Notes under the pieces: generated by a model
What the model saw: the letters and a program-made list of their open reading frames with translations, nothing else
The model's database searches: none
What the model was told of the DNA's origin: nothing
Translations under genes and position numbers: made by a program
Virus record (IMG/VR): IMGVR_UViG_3300009177_000023
Location: 1 to 36,695 of that record
Direction: 5' to 3' (one strand)
Length of the DNA: 36,695 nucleotides
Origin: a virus
Shown: piece by piece, positions 14,116-23,126 of the stretch
How the letters are laid out: the number at the start of each line of letters is the position of its first letter
Numbering within the stretch: position 1 is the first letter of the stretch

Positions 14116-15611
14116 GCCTCGCTGCCCTGGCCGACGAGCTGGTCAGCTACGAGCCAACGTTGCCGCGCTGGAGCCTCAAGGCTTTCTGTGGGGACCACGC
14201 GAAGCAATGGGAGTTCGCCACGTCGCCCAGCATGCGGCGTCACCTCCAGTGTGCTCGCCAGTCCGGCAAGAGCTGGATCGTTGACGGCCTAGTCGCCGAC
14301 CGCGCGCAGCTCACGCCCAACTCCCTGCACTTCGTCCTCGGCCTGAACGGCGTGGCCGTCCGTATGAACAACTGGGTTCCCATCTGGAAGCGCACCCTCG
14401 ACAAGTACCGCGTCGAGCGCCGCGACAACCAGCAGATGATGCTCAGCGAGTTCCCCAACGGGGCCCGTGTGATCTTCACCGGCACGGACGACTTGCGCCA
14501 CGTTCGCAACTTCCTCGGCAACCGGCTGCCCAAGGGCTCCACGTTCGTCATCGACGAATCGCAGGACCAGCCGGAAGACACCATGCGGTACCTGCTGGAC
14601 CAGGTCCTGGTGCCGATGATGACGCCGGACACGCTGCTGATCGAGGCGGGCGTGCATCCCGACATGCCGGCGGGGCGCTTCTACCGCGACGCCTCCGACG
14701 CGAGCTGGGACCACTTCGGCTGGGGGCGCTTCGACAACCCGCACACCCCCGAGGCCCGCACCACGCTGGCCAACCACCTGCGCGACCACCAGTTGACAGA
14801 GGCCGATCTCGAGTTCGACCCCGAGCACCCGCCCGAGGGCGGCAAGCTGAGTATCGTCCTCCAGATTCTCCGCGACTGGTTCAACCGCGGCGTCTACGAC
14901 CCGAGCGCCCGGACCTACTGGTACCGCGAGAGCGTCAACGCGTACGACCCGGTCACCCCGGCCTGGGCGACGTCCTTCGTCAGCCCGCCGGGGTTCGGCC
15001 CGGTGCGCTTCGCGGAGCCGTGGCCCGGCGTCGACACGTTCGCGGTGGCCATCGACCCAGGCGGCTCGGACCCGTTCGGCTTGCAGGTCATCGGGTGGGG
15101 CAGGACGCACCGGCGTATCCAGCACCTGGTTGACTGGGTGGCCCCCCGTGGCGCGAAGCTGTCTTGGGGCGATGTCATGCGCACCCTGGGCGTGCTGGTG
15201 GCCCGGCGCTACCCGACGGTCCTGTGGCGCTACGACACCACGTCTGACACCGAGCTGGACACGTTCGGCAACGAGTACGGCGTGCCCGTCATCCGTGCAG
15301 CCAAGAAGGCCGACCGCGACGGGCAGATCCGACGCAACAACGACCTCTTGTCTGACGGCACGCTGGCCGTCATGCGCAACAGCAACCTCGCCACCGACTA
15401 CATCAGCGCGCAGCTCGTTGACGGTGCCTGGGGTGCCTATCACCCGACGGCCTCAGAGTGCGTTCGCTACGCCGTCGGTGACTTCTGGGAGACGCGCCCC
15501 GCGCCCGTTCCCCCGCCGCGCGCCATGGACCCCTTGGACCGCGAGGCCGCTCGAATGGCCGAACAACTCAAACGTGGCGGCCGACGGTTCCCCGGCCGAG
15601 GTGACCGGTAA
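14112..15611 (+). CDS. terL: Terminase large subunit
   Basis: GTGA overlap at 14112. Walker A CARQSGKS, Walker B STFVIDESQ, and a C-terminal RNaseH-like nuclease region FAVAIDPGGSDPFG. Lies directly upstream of the portal gene. Confidence 0.85.
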   Translation: MSLAALADELVSYEPTLPRWSLKAFCGDHAKQWEFATSPSMRRHLQCARQSGKSWIVDGLVADRAQLTPNSLHFVLGLNGVAVRMNNWVPIWKRTLDKYRVERRDNQQMMLSEFPNGARVIFTGTDDLRHVRNFLGNRLPKGSTFVIDESQDQPEDTMRYLLDQVLVPMMTPDTLLIEAGVHPDMPAGRFYRDASDASWDHFGWGRFDNPHTPEARTTLANHLRDHQLTEADLEFDPEHPPEGGKLSIVLQILRDWFNRGVYDPSARTYWYRESVNAYDPVTPAWATSFVSPPGFGPVRFAEPWPGVDTFAVAIDPGGSDPFGLQVIGWGRTHRRIQHLVDWVAPRGAKLSWGDVMRTLGVLVARRYPTVLWRYDTTSDTELDTFGNEYGVPVIRAAKKADRDGQIRRNNDLLSDGTLAVMRNSNLATDYISAQLVDGAWGAYHPTASECVRYAVGDFWETRPAPVPPPRAMDPLDREAARMAEQLKRGGRRFPGRGDR

Positions 15612-17560
15612 TGTACGAATTCGACCGCGAGTGGTGCGACTACGAAGTCACCGATCCTGAAGAGGTCCGCACCAAGCTTGACCAGGCGGTGTCGTCCATC
15701 GAGACCAGCGCCGAGGAACAGGGCAGCCTCGTCGCGCAACTGGTCGACCTGGCGCTCTACGCTGGGCGCCCCTTCAACGCAATCACCATGGCCGACTTGT
15801 GGAGCTACGCCGCGGTCGCCGATGCCGCTGCGACGCTGAAGTTCAACGCTTGTTACTCGGTGGTCTCCACCATCGTCAGCCGCGTGTGCTCGTTCCGGCC
15901 GCGGGCGCAGTTCATCCCCGAGGCCGGCAACTACAAGACGCAGCGCCTGTGCCGCGAGCGGACCGCGGCGAGCGACGCGTGGGCCCAGCGCGAGGAGTAC
16001 CAGGCGCAGGCGTCCCTTGCGTTCCACTGCCTGACCGGTCGTGGCGGCGTGCTGAAGACCTACCAGGAGACGCTGTATCCGGGCACCGACGACGAGGAAA
16101 TCGTCACCTCCCTCGGTCGCTTCCCTGCATGGGAAATCAAGGTTGACCACGAGGACGGGAAGTACGGCAAGCCGCAGTGCATGTATCACGTCCGCTACAT
16201 CACGCAGAAGCAGGCCTTGCGGGTGTTCGGGCGAACGGATGAGGAGCGGTTCAAGGTCATCAACGGATCTGAGCGCCTGGCGTCCATCGGTGGCTACACG
16301 GGCGACGACGGCCTGAACGGCCTGGCCCGGCGCAACGGCGTGCCCCTGGTGCGCGTCGTCGATGCGTACGCGAAGGGGCCGCGCGGGCGTCACATCATGA
16401 TGGCGGGTGATCTAGTTGTGTTCGGCATGGCCGGCGACGGGGAGGAAGGCGAGTGGAAACACCGCTGGCACCCGTTCAACGTGTTCCGCTTCGACTACGC
16501 GGAGGGCGTGGGGTTCTGGGGCCGCTCTGCGCTCGACAAGGTGCGCGGCATTCAGACGGGCCTTGACGAGACGGTCTACGAGATCGACCAGGCCCATCAC
16601 CTGAGCGCCAAGCTATTCATGTCCGGGCCGCACGCGCCCGAGAAGATGAGCAACGAAATCGTCCAGTACGTCAACGACGTGCCGGGGCGGCCTGTCACGT
16701 TCCACAACCCCAAGCCCATCGACGCCGACGCCTATCGCTGGTTCGAGCTCAAAAAGCAATGGATGTTCGAGGTCCTGGGCGTGTCGCAGAACGCGGCCCA
16801 GGCCACGAAGCCGCAGGGCGTGACGGCCGCTGTCGCCATCGAGGCGGTGACCGACCTTCAGAGCGACCGCCTATCTCAGTGCTCCCAGAACTGGGAGACG
16901 ATGGTGAGCCCCATCGGTGAGCAGTGGTTTGCGCTGGAGTCCGAGGTGGGCGGGACCCGCCCGTACCGCGCCAGCGACCGCGGTCGCGTGTGGACCGTCA
17001 ACCTCGACGCCAGTGGTGGCGAGCAGACGGTGCGCGCGTTCCCGACGTCCCTGTTCGGGCAGAGCATCCCGGCGCGCCTTCAGAAGGCCATGGACGCCGT
17101 GAAGGCGGGCTGGTTCGACCAGGACGAGGTGCTGAAGGCCCTGGGCGTGCCCGACCTGGAGAGCATCCTTGAGACCAAGCTGGCCGAATTCGAGTGGATC
17201 GAGAACTTCGCCGACGAGCTGCTGGAAGGCGGGCGGTACACCACGCCCATCGAGTGGGCGAACCCCATCAAGACCTTCGAGTACTGCCGCCTGCGCTACC
17301 TGCGCGCCGACACCGACGGGAGCTACCCCCTGTCGTCGATGTACGACATGCGGAAGCTGCTCGACTACCTCCAGCCTATCGCCCAGGCCGCACGCGACAA
17401 GGCCAGCGGCAAGGGAGCTGCCCCCGTGGCTCTCCCCGCTGCACCCGCAGGCCCGCCCGCCCCGCTGGCGCTGTCCCCTGTCGCCGCGCCGCCGATGCCC
17501 CAGGCGATCGCACCGCTTCCCAACCTCCAGCCCACGCCGGAGGCCGCCCCCGTCCTGTAG
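15611..17560 (+). CDS. Portal protein
   Basis: 649 aa, with a TAATG overlap to terL. Size and position (between TerL and scaffold) fit a portal. Pro/Ala-rich C-terminal tail. Confidence 0.7.
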   Translation: MYEFDREWCDYEVTDPEEVRTKLDQAVSSIETSAEEQGSLVAQLVDLALYAGRPFNAITMADLWSYAAVADAAATLKFNACYSVVSTIVSRVCSFRPRAQFIPEAGNYKTQRLCRERTAASDAWAQREEYQAQASLAFHCLTGRGGVLKTYQETLYPGTDDEEIVTSLGRFPAWEIKVDHEDGKYGKPQCMYHVRYITQKQALRVFGRTDEERFKVINGSERLASIGGYTGDDGLNGLARRNGVPLVRVVDAYAKGPRGRHIMMAGDLVVFGMAGDGEEGEWKHRWHPFNVFRFDYAEGVGFWGRSALDKVRGIQTGLDETVYEIDQAHHLSAKLFMSGPHAPEKMSNEIVQYVNDVPGRPVTFHNPKPIDADAYRWFELKKQWMFEVLGVSQNAAQATKPQGVTAAVAIEAVTDLQSDRLSQCSQNWETMVSPIGEQWFALESEVGGTRPYRASDRGRVWTVNLDASGGEQTVRAFPTSLFGQSIPARLQKAMDAVKAGWFDQDEVLKALGVPDLESILETKLAEFEWIENFADELLEGGRYTTPIEWANPIKTFEYCRLRYLRADTDGSYPLSSMYDMRKLLDYLQPIAQAARDKASGKGAAPVALPAAPAGPPAPLALSPVAAPPMPQAIAPLPNLQPTPEAAPVL

Positions 17561-17596
17561 CCCCGTCCCCTACTTCGCAACGAAAGATGGTCCCCA

Positions 17597-18784
17597 ATGG
17601 CGAAACGTTCCGTCCAGGCCCGTGTGTCCAAGCCCAACCGCTCCACCCGCATCGAGACAGAGTCTTCCGGCATCCCGAACGCCCGCGAGGGCGGTGTGCG
17701 ACTGAAGCCCGGCGAGTCCCGCTTGCAGGACCCGAGCGAAAGCACCTGGAATGACCTGTCCAACGAAGGCTCCCCGCCGCCCGACAACAACCAGGTCGTG
17801 GACGATGACGAGGCCCCGGAGGTCGCGCGCACCGAGGACGAGAAGCAGGACAAGATCCGAACGCTGCTGGGCCGCCAGTTCAGCGGCAAGGAAGTCGCCG
17901 ACGATGCCGCGGCCGTGGTCGACGGCATCAACGCCCGCACCGAGGAGGTAGCTGGCGGCGCCGCTGCGACCGAGGACGAAGAAGAGGAGACCGAGACGCC
18001 CGCGGCCGACGAGCCGCCCACACGGCGCGACCTAATGGACCGTGTCGACGCCGAGCAGCGCCGGCTCACCCTGGAAAAGCAGCTGGGCACCGAGCGCCGC
18101 GCACGCGAGCAGGCAGAGGCTCAGCTCAAGGGCGGCCTATTGGCGGTGGCAAAGGCCCAGGGGCTCACCAAGGACCAGGCCATCGACGCCCTGCTGTCCG
18201 CCAATGACGACGGCGCCGCGCCCGTGGCAGCCGCCCCCGCGCCGTCGACCGACCCCGCCGTCAACGACCGGCTGACCCGCCTGGAGCAGCGCGAGCGGGA
18301 CATCAACAAGCGTGAGGCCCTGAGCGTCGTCGAGGAGGTCACCAAGGAGCTGGATATCCCTGTCACCCGCGCCACCTCGCGCGTGACGGTCACGGACGAG
18401 ACCAGGAGAGGGAACGACGGGAAGGCGCTCACCACCGTCATGTCCGGCCGCGAGCTCGTGTTGCAGACCGCTCAGCGGCTGTGGGAGCGCGCCGGCAAGC
18501 CCGACGGCGACCGGCGGCAGTTCATCACCAAGGCTGCCCCCCTCGTTGAACAGCAGCTCGTCGATGACCAGAAGGACGCCTTCGAGGCGTACGCGTCCAA
18601 GGTGGCCGGTAAGACGCCAGCCGCCGCGGGTACACCGCCCAAGCCACGCAAGGCTCCGCCGTCCCTCGGGCGCAACACCGGCGGCGGTGGAGCTGCACCG
18701 GCCGCGTCGCTGAAGCTCTCGGACGACATCGACGAGCGCCAGCAGCAGATCAAGGCGCGGCTGGGTCTGCGCGGAGGGCGGTAG
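17597..18784 (+). CDS. Scaffolding-like protein
   Basis: Highly acidic, Ala-rich, coiled-coil-like sequence (RRLTLEKQLGTERRAREQAEAQLKG) between portal and capsid genes. Confidence 0.55.
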   Translation: MAKRSVQARVSKPNRSTRIETESSGIPNAREGGVRLKPGESRLQDPSESTWNDLSNEGSPPPDNNQVVDDDEAPEVARTEDEKQDKIRTLLGRQFSGKEVADDAAAVVDGINARTEEVAGGAAATEDEEEETETPAADEPPTRRDLMDRVDAEQRRLTLEKQLGTERRAREQAEAQLKGGLLAVAKAQGLTKDQAIDALLSANDDGAAPVAAAPAPSTDPAVNDRLTRLEQRERDINKREALSVVEEVTKELDIPVTRATSRVTVTDETRRGNDGKALTTVMSGRELVLQTAQRLWERAGKPDGDRRQFITKAAPLVEQQLVDDQKDAFEAYASKVAGKTPAAAGTPPKPRKAPPSLGRNTGGGGAAPAASLKLSDDIDERQQQIKARLGLRGGR

Positions 18785-18790
18785 TCCTTT

Positions 18791-19159
18791 GTGGGCAAGC
18801 GCCCTGTCCCGAAACAGCTGACCCCGTTCAAGAAGGGGCAGAGCGGCAACCCGACAGGGCGGCCCAAGGTCGCCCGCGAGTTCGCAGAGCGCATGCGCGA
18901 GGCCTTCAACACCCCAGATCCGGTCCACAAGCGATCGTTGACGGACGTGGTGTTGAAGCTCGCCTTTGACGACTTCAGCCCCAAACAGACCTGGGCCATC
19001 CAGTTCATTGCGGCGTACGGCATCGGCCTGCCCAAGCGGTCACTCGACGACGAGACCGTAAAACAGATGGCCGCGGAGCTGTTCGAGAAGGCATTGGACG
19101 AAGCCCGCAAACGAAAGGCGGCAGAGGTGCAATTAACGGTCACTACGACCGATAAGTAG
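18791..19159 (+). CDS. DUF5681-like protein (FKKGQSGNPTGRPK motif)
   Basis: The N-terminal motif F-K-K-G-Q-S-G-N-P-x-G-R-P-K is characteristic of DUF5681 phage proteins. The last codons (QLTVTTTDK) are encoded by motif copy B. Confidence 0.5.
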   Translation: MGKRPVPKQLTPFKKGQSGNPTGRPKVAREFAERMREAFNTPDPVHKRSLTDVVLKLAFDDFSPKQTWAIQFIAAYGIGLPKRSLDDETVKQMAAELFEKALDEARKRKAAEVQLTVTTTDK

Positions 19160-19193
19160 CTCGAATTGACGGCCTGAAAGGCGCGGGTACAGT
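19131..19193 (+). promoter_or_regulatory. Composite element B: AATTAACGGTCACTACGACC, 37 nt, then TACAGTCGGC; -35 TTGACG at 19166-19171 with a 16-nt spacer
   Basis: TTGACG-N16-TACAGT is sigma70-like. It lies upstream of the major capsid gene with a leader of about 100 nt. Confidence 0.7.
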
Positions 19194-19293
19194 CGGCCTC
19201 GTCTCCCGCTGAAACTGCGAAACTGTCTCCAACTGCGAAACCTGAAGTCGGCGGAGTGTGTGTTTTTCACAACTCTGAACGCGAGGTTTCGCC

Positions 19294-20583
19294 ATGTCTC
19301 AAGGTTCTACGCCCGGCGCGACGATCACGACGCTTGCCGATGCTCTGATGCTCAACTACGACCTGCCCTTTCGAGGCAAGGTCGGCTGGTCCAAGGGTGC
19401 CCTTGGCGCAATGATCAAGAAGGTTCGGTGGTCGGGCCTCAAGCCCGTCATTCCGATCCGCAACGCCAACAGCCCGGCGGTCTCCAACGACTTCGCGACG
19501 GCTCAGAACCGCGCCAAGACTTCGACGGGCATCACGAAGGTCTATCAGTTCCTTCCGCAGTGGTACAAGAAGTTCGGCGTCGCGCAGATTGACTCCCTGC
19601 TGATTGCAGCGGCGAGCGATTCTGCCGGCGCGGTGTACGACGAGCTGTGCACCCAGATCGACGGCATCATGAACGGGACCACGCATCAGTTCTCGACTGA
19701 CGTGTACCGCAACGGGTTCGGATGCATCGGTCAGATCGACGCGACCACCACCATCGCGTCCACGCGGCTCATTCTGAAGGAGCCGGAAGACTCGGTCCTG
19801 TTCATCGACGGCATGACCCTGATTGCCGCTGTCGACGATCACACCTCGGCCGCGCGCAACGCTGGCGCGACCATGGAGGTCGTTGGCGTCGAGGACTACG
19901 AGAAGGGTTACATCACGATGACCCAGAACCTGTCGACGGCCATTGCGGCCATCGCGGTTGGCGACTTCGTGTTCCCCGAAGGCAACCGCGGCGTCGGTGC
20001 CACCCCGGCGCCCACGGCGCTGAACGGCCTCGACGCGTGGTTCCCGGCCACCGTCCCCACCACCACGGACGTCGCCTCGGGCGTCGACCGTTCCAAGTCC
20101 GCGCTGTTGCGCGGAACCATCCTGGACTTCACCTCTTCGACGAAGAACAAGGAAGACCAGTGCATCGACGCCATCACGGCGAGTGCCCGCTACGGCGGGA
20201 ACCCGGCGAACATGGTGTATTTCACCAACAACACGAACTACAAGGAAATCCTGTTGTTCGGGACGGCCAAGTACCGGCCGGACACCACGAAGGGGCCATA
20301 CGGCATCTCCTTCCAGGGCATCAAGATCCAGACCGACAACGGCGAGGTGAAGGTGCAGCCGGACCGGTACTGCCCGGTCAAGCGGTCCTACCTGCTCGAC
20401 ATGTCCACCGTGAAGTTCTACGGGTGCGGATCGGCCGAGGTGCCTCGGTTCATCGACGACGATGGCGTAGGGAAGATCCTGCGCATGACGGACGCGGCTG
20501 CTGTTGAGAGCCGCGTCGGGTACTACGGGACCATCGGGTGCAACAACCCCATCGTCAACGTGGTCAACGTCCACAAGACGTAA
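19294..20583 (+). CDS. Major capsid protein
   Basis: 429 aa, follows the scaffold gene, has its own strong promoter-like element and a downstream hairpin, and shows very high GC3. Assigned from position and composition. Confidence 0.7.
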   Translation: MSQGSTPGATITTLADALMLNYDLPFRGKVGWSKGALGAMIKKVRWSGLKPVIPIRNANSPAVSNDFATAQNRAKTSTGITKVYQFLPQWYKKFGVAQIDSLLIAAASDSAGAVYDELCTQIDGIMNGTTHQFSTDVYRNGFGCIGQIDATTTIASTRLILKEPEDSVLFIDGMTLIAAVDDHTSAARNAGATMEVVGVEDYEKGYITMTQNLSTAIAAIAVGDFVFPEGNRGVGATPAPTALNGLDAWFPATVPTTTDVASGVDRSKSALLRGTILDFTSSTKNKEDQCIDAITASARYGGNPANMVYFTNNTNYKEILLFGTAKYRPDTTKGPYGISFQGIKIQTDNGEVKVQPDRYCPVKRSYLLDMSTVKFYGCGSAEVPRFIDDDGVGKILRMTDAAAVESRVGYYGTIGCNNPIVNVVNVHKT

Positions 20584-20598
20584 TCCAACCGAGAGCGG

Positions 20599-20629
20599 CG
20601 GGGGCTGGCTGTACGAGCGCCGGCCCCCG
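20599..20629 (+). terminator. GC-rich hairpin after the capsid gene (11-bp stem with one G-U pair, 9-nt loop), weak U-tract
   Basis: cgggggctggc-tgtacgagc-gccggcccccg, followed by ttgccc. Likely a partial terminator or an mRNA stabiliser. Confidence 0.5.
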
Positions 20630-20652
20630 TTGCCCTCACAAAGGAAACGACC

Positions 20653-21060
20653 ATGGGAGCACAGGGATTGTTCGTTACGAACCGCAGGAATTTCACGTTC
20701 TTTGCGCATCAGGTTGTCTTCGGCGCCACGGGCGTCGTTGCCAGTCAAGACCTTCCGGGCGACTCCGGCGTCATCGTCGGCGCCCGCATTTCGGCGGGCC
20801 GTTACAAGGTGACGCTACCGAGCAAGTACCGAAAGTTTCACGGCTGCTGGGGGACCGTCGTGGGCCCCGACACCGCCGTCTACGGCGCCAAGACGCTGGG
20901 GAACAACTTCATCATCCGGGCTCAGAAGGTGGACGCGAACACGCCTGACGGCACGTTCCTGATTCAGTTCCTGAACCCCTCGACGGACGCGACGAACTAC
21001 ATCGACGCCGATCCGCCCGACAACCTGTCGGTCTACCTGCTGATGGCCGTTTCGCAGTAG
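20653..21060 (+). CDS. Hypothetical virion protein (135 aa; decoration-like beta protein)
   Basis: AAGGAAA Shine-Dalgarno; position immediately after the capsid gene. Confidence 0.5.
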   Translation: MGAQGLFVTNRRNFTFFAHQVVFGATGVVASQDLPGDSGVIVGARISAGRYKVTLPSKYRKFHGCWGTVVGPDTAVYGAKTLGNNFIIRAQKVDANTPDGTFLIQFLNPSTDATNYIDADPPDNLSVYLLMAVSQ

Positions 21061-21064
21061 GCCC

Positions 21065-21331
21065 ATGGGCGACTTCATCGACAAGATCGCGAACCGGACG
21101 GGCGGCAAGACCAAGGCCGCCGCACCCGAGTCGAGCTACGGCGGCGTGAAGCAGCGGGCGCTCGATGATCTGGCCGCCGCCCTGAAGGTGCCGAAGGAAG
21201 CCCGCGAGGACTTCGACGGCGCGCTGGTGGACCTCATCAGCGCATGCATGAAGGACAAGAAGGCACCGAAGGCGGCGCCTGCCGAGGAAGAGGCCGAGGA
21301 GTCCGAGCCCCCGGCTGACAGCGAGGAATAA
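21065..21331 (+). CDS. Small acidic hypothetical protein (88 aa)
   Basis: High GC3; acidic C-terminus EEEAEESEPPADSEE. Confidence 0.45.
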   Translation: MGDFIDKIANRTGGKTKAAAPESSYGGVKQRALDDLAAALKVPKEAREDFDGALVDLISACMKDKKAPKAAPAEEEAEESEPPADSEE

Positions 21332-21333
21332 CC

Positions 21334-21975
21334 GTGGCCGGCGTCCCACTTGAATCACTGGTCACCAAGGCCCGCACCGCTGCGAATATGCAGGTGGGTG
21401 GGCCTTGGGACTCGGACGAGTGGGATGCCGCCATCAATGACGCCGTGACGGCGTTCTACGTCGACTGTGCCGCGGTCAACAACGCCTGGCGGGTGACGCG
21501 CCTTCCGTTCAGCATCACGACCCAGGCGACGCCCTACACGGCGCTCCCGTCCGACTTCGCCAACGTGTTCAAGGTGACAAAGGACCCCGGCCAGTCGAAC
21601 CGGTGCGAGGTGTATCGGTCGGGCGACGAGCGGGCCGGTGAGCGCACCTACCGCGTCGAGGGCGTGAACCTGTGGATCGACCCGCTTGAGCAGTCGGTGG
21701 GCAGCTACGAGCTGCGCTACAACCCGTTGCCCGCCGTCCTCACCCCCGCCGTGAATCTCGACCAGGAGCTGGCGCCACACCGCGAGTATTTCGAGCTTCA
21801 CGCCGCAATCAAGTGTCTGGTGTCGGAGGAGTCCTCGCCGGCCGCGCTGATGGCGCTGTTCAAGGCCTGCCAGGAACGCGCGCAGACGTGGGCCAAGGGC
21901 CAGCGCAGCTCCGATCCGGTGCGCCCGCGTGACGTGCGCCCCCGCGGCTACTGGCCGGGGCGCTTCGTCCGATGA
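21334..21975 (+). CDS. Head-tail adaptor-like protein (213 aa)
   Basis: Position between the capsid and tail genes. The size is similar to podovirus adaptor or tubular-A proteins. Assigned by inference only. Confidence 0.4.
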   Translation: MAGVPLESLVTKARTAANMQVGGPWDSDEWDAAINDAVTAFYVDCAAVNNAWRVTRLPFSITTQATPYTALPSDFANVFKVTKDPGQSNRCEVYRSGDERAGERTYRVEGVNLWIDPLEQSVGSYELRYNPLPAVLTPAVNLDQELAPHREYFELHAAIKCLVSEESSPAALMALFKACQERAQTWAKGQRSSDPVRPRDVRPRGYWPGRFVR

Positions 21976-23006
21976 GCGACGTCCCCCGCGGCAGGCCGAT
22001 TGACCCAGGCCTCGGCAATCTCGCCGACGCCCAGAAGGCTGCCCGCGACGCCGAGATTATCCCCGAGCGGGCGCCCAAGCTGCGCGGCCACGCCATTGGC
22101 ACGTTGGCCGAGCTCCGCAAGACGCTCGGGGACATCACCGGCAACCGCGGACCCGCGTCCACCATGCTCAGCGGCTACGAGACGGCCCAGGACGGCGGCG
22201 AGGGCACGTTCGTGTGGCACCCGACCAGCGTCGACGCCGACAACGGCGGCAAGGGCGTCAACGGGCGCGTCCAGGTGGCCAACGTGAAGGTGGGACGGTG
22301 GCACCGGACCAGCCCGCCGGCACCACCCGACACGACCGGGCGACTTCTGCGCCTGACAGGGCTGACGGGGACCAGCCTGGCGGTGTTCCCGGGCACCAAG
22401 TCCTACCGCGTGCGCATCTGGGGCGGAGGCGGCGGCGGCGGCGGGGTCATCAGCGCAGCTTGCGCGGCCGCAGGCGGCGGCGGGGCCGGGGCGCCGGCAG
22501 AGCGGGCGGGCACGTCCATCCCTTCCACCTGGAACTTCGTCCTTGGCGCAGCTGGGGCCGCCGGATCGACAGCCGGCGGTGACGGTGGCAACGGCGGCGA
22601 CTCAACGTTCACCAGTGGCTCGGGGACCGTCACGGCGCCAGGTGGAAGCGGCGGCAAGGGCGACGCCGCTGGCACCGCGGGAGCCACCAGCAGGGCGCGC
22701 AAGGGTGGGGCCGGCGGCGCGGCGTCGACAGGCGGGTCCGTGTTCAACGGGGGCGGCGCACCGGGGCTGCCGGCTCACATGGTGCGGATCACCTTCGGCG
22801 ACACCATGGCCACGTCAGGCTCGGGCGGCAGCTCGTCGCTTGCCGGCGGCGGCCTCGGGCACGAGCGCTCTGTCACGGCCTCCGCTGCCGGCAATGACGC
22901 CGTCGGGTATGCAGCTGGCGGCGGCGGTGCAATCGACGACGGCACGGCAGCGCGAGCTGGCGGCGTTGGCGGACCAGGCTACGGAATCCTGGAGGAGTAC
23001 GCGTGA
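21972..23006 (+). CDS. Glycine-rich-domain tail fibre/spike-like protein
   Basis: ATGA overlap. SGYETAQDGGEGTFVWHP is fibre-N-terminus-like. Then RIWGGGGGGGGV (22422-22445, including (GGC)5) and repeated GGxGG blocks, typical of phage glycine-rich fibre domains. Confidence 0.55.
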   Translation: MSDVPRGRPIDPGLGNLADAQKAARDAEIIPERAPKLRGHAIGTLAELRKTLGDITGNRGPASTMLSGYETAQDGGEGTFVWHPTSVDADNGGKGVNGRVQVANVKVGRWHRTSPPAPPDTTGRLLRLTGLTGTSLAVFPGTKSYRVRIWGGGGGGGGVISAACAAAGGGGAGAPAERAGTSIPSTWNFVLGAAGAAGSTAGGDGGNGGDSTFTSGSGTVTAPGGSGGKGDAAGTAGATSRARKGGAGGAASTGGSVFNGGGAPGLPAHMVRITFGDTMATSGSGGSSSLAGGGLGHERSVTASAAGNDAVGYAAGGGGAIDDGTAARAGGVGGPGYGILEEYA

Positions 23007-23010
23007 CCGC

Positions 23011-23055
23011 TAATTACAGGTCGCTACGACCGCTAATTCACCCTGTCTTTACAGT
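23011..23055 (+). promoter_or_regulatory. Degenerate motif copy F (AATTAcaGGTCGCTACGACC) flanked by ccgctaatt repeats, with TACAGT at 23050-23055
   Basis: 18/20 match to the motif consensus. GCTAATT occurs on both sides. The TACAGT box lies 19 nt downstream of CGACC. Confidence 0.45.
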
Positions 23056-23090
23056 GAAACGGTTTCGCGCCCACAATTGCGTTACACCGC

Positions 23091-23110
23091 AATTAACGGT
23101 CACAACGACC
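23091..23110 (+). promoter_or_regulatory. Copy E of conserved motif (AATTAACGGTCACAACGACC), 16 nt upstream of ATG 23127
   Basis: Same position relative to the Shine-Dalgarno and ATG as copy D (ggaaaaggggtctcaa-ATG). Confidence 0.7.
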
Positions 23111-23126
23111 GGAAAAGGGGTCTCAA

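Noticed and set aside
19267-20748. 493-aa minus-strand ORF covering the whole capsid gene
   Set aside because: It is the antisense shadow of the strongly coding + strand gene 19294..20583. Its composition is Arg/Asp/Gly-rich, and it has no promoter or Shine-Dalgarno context.
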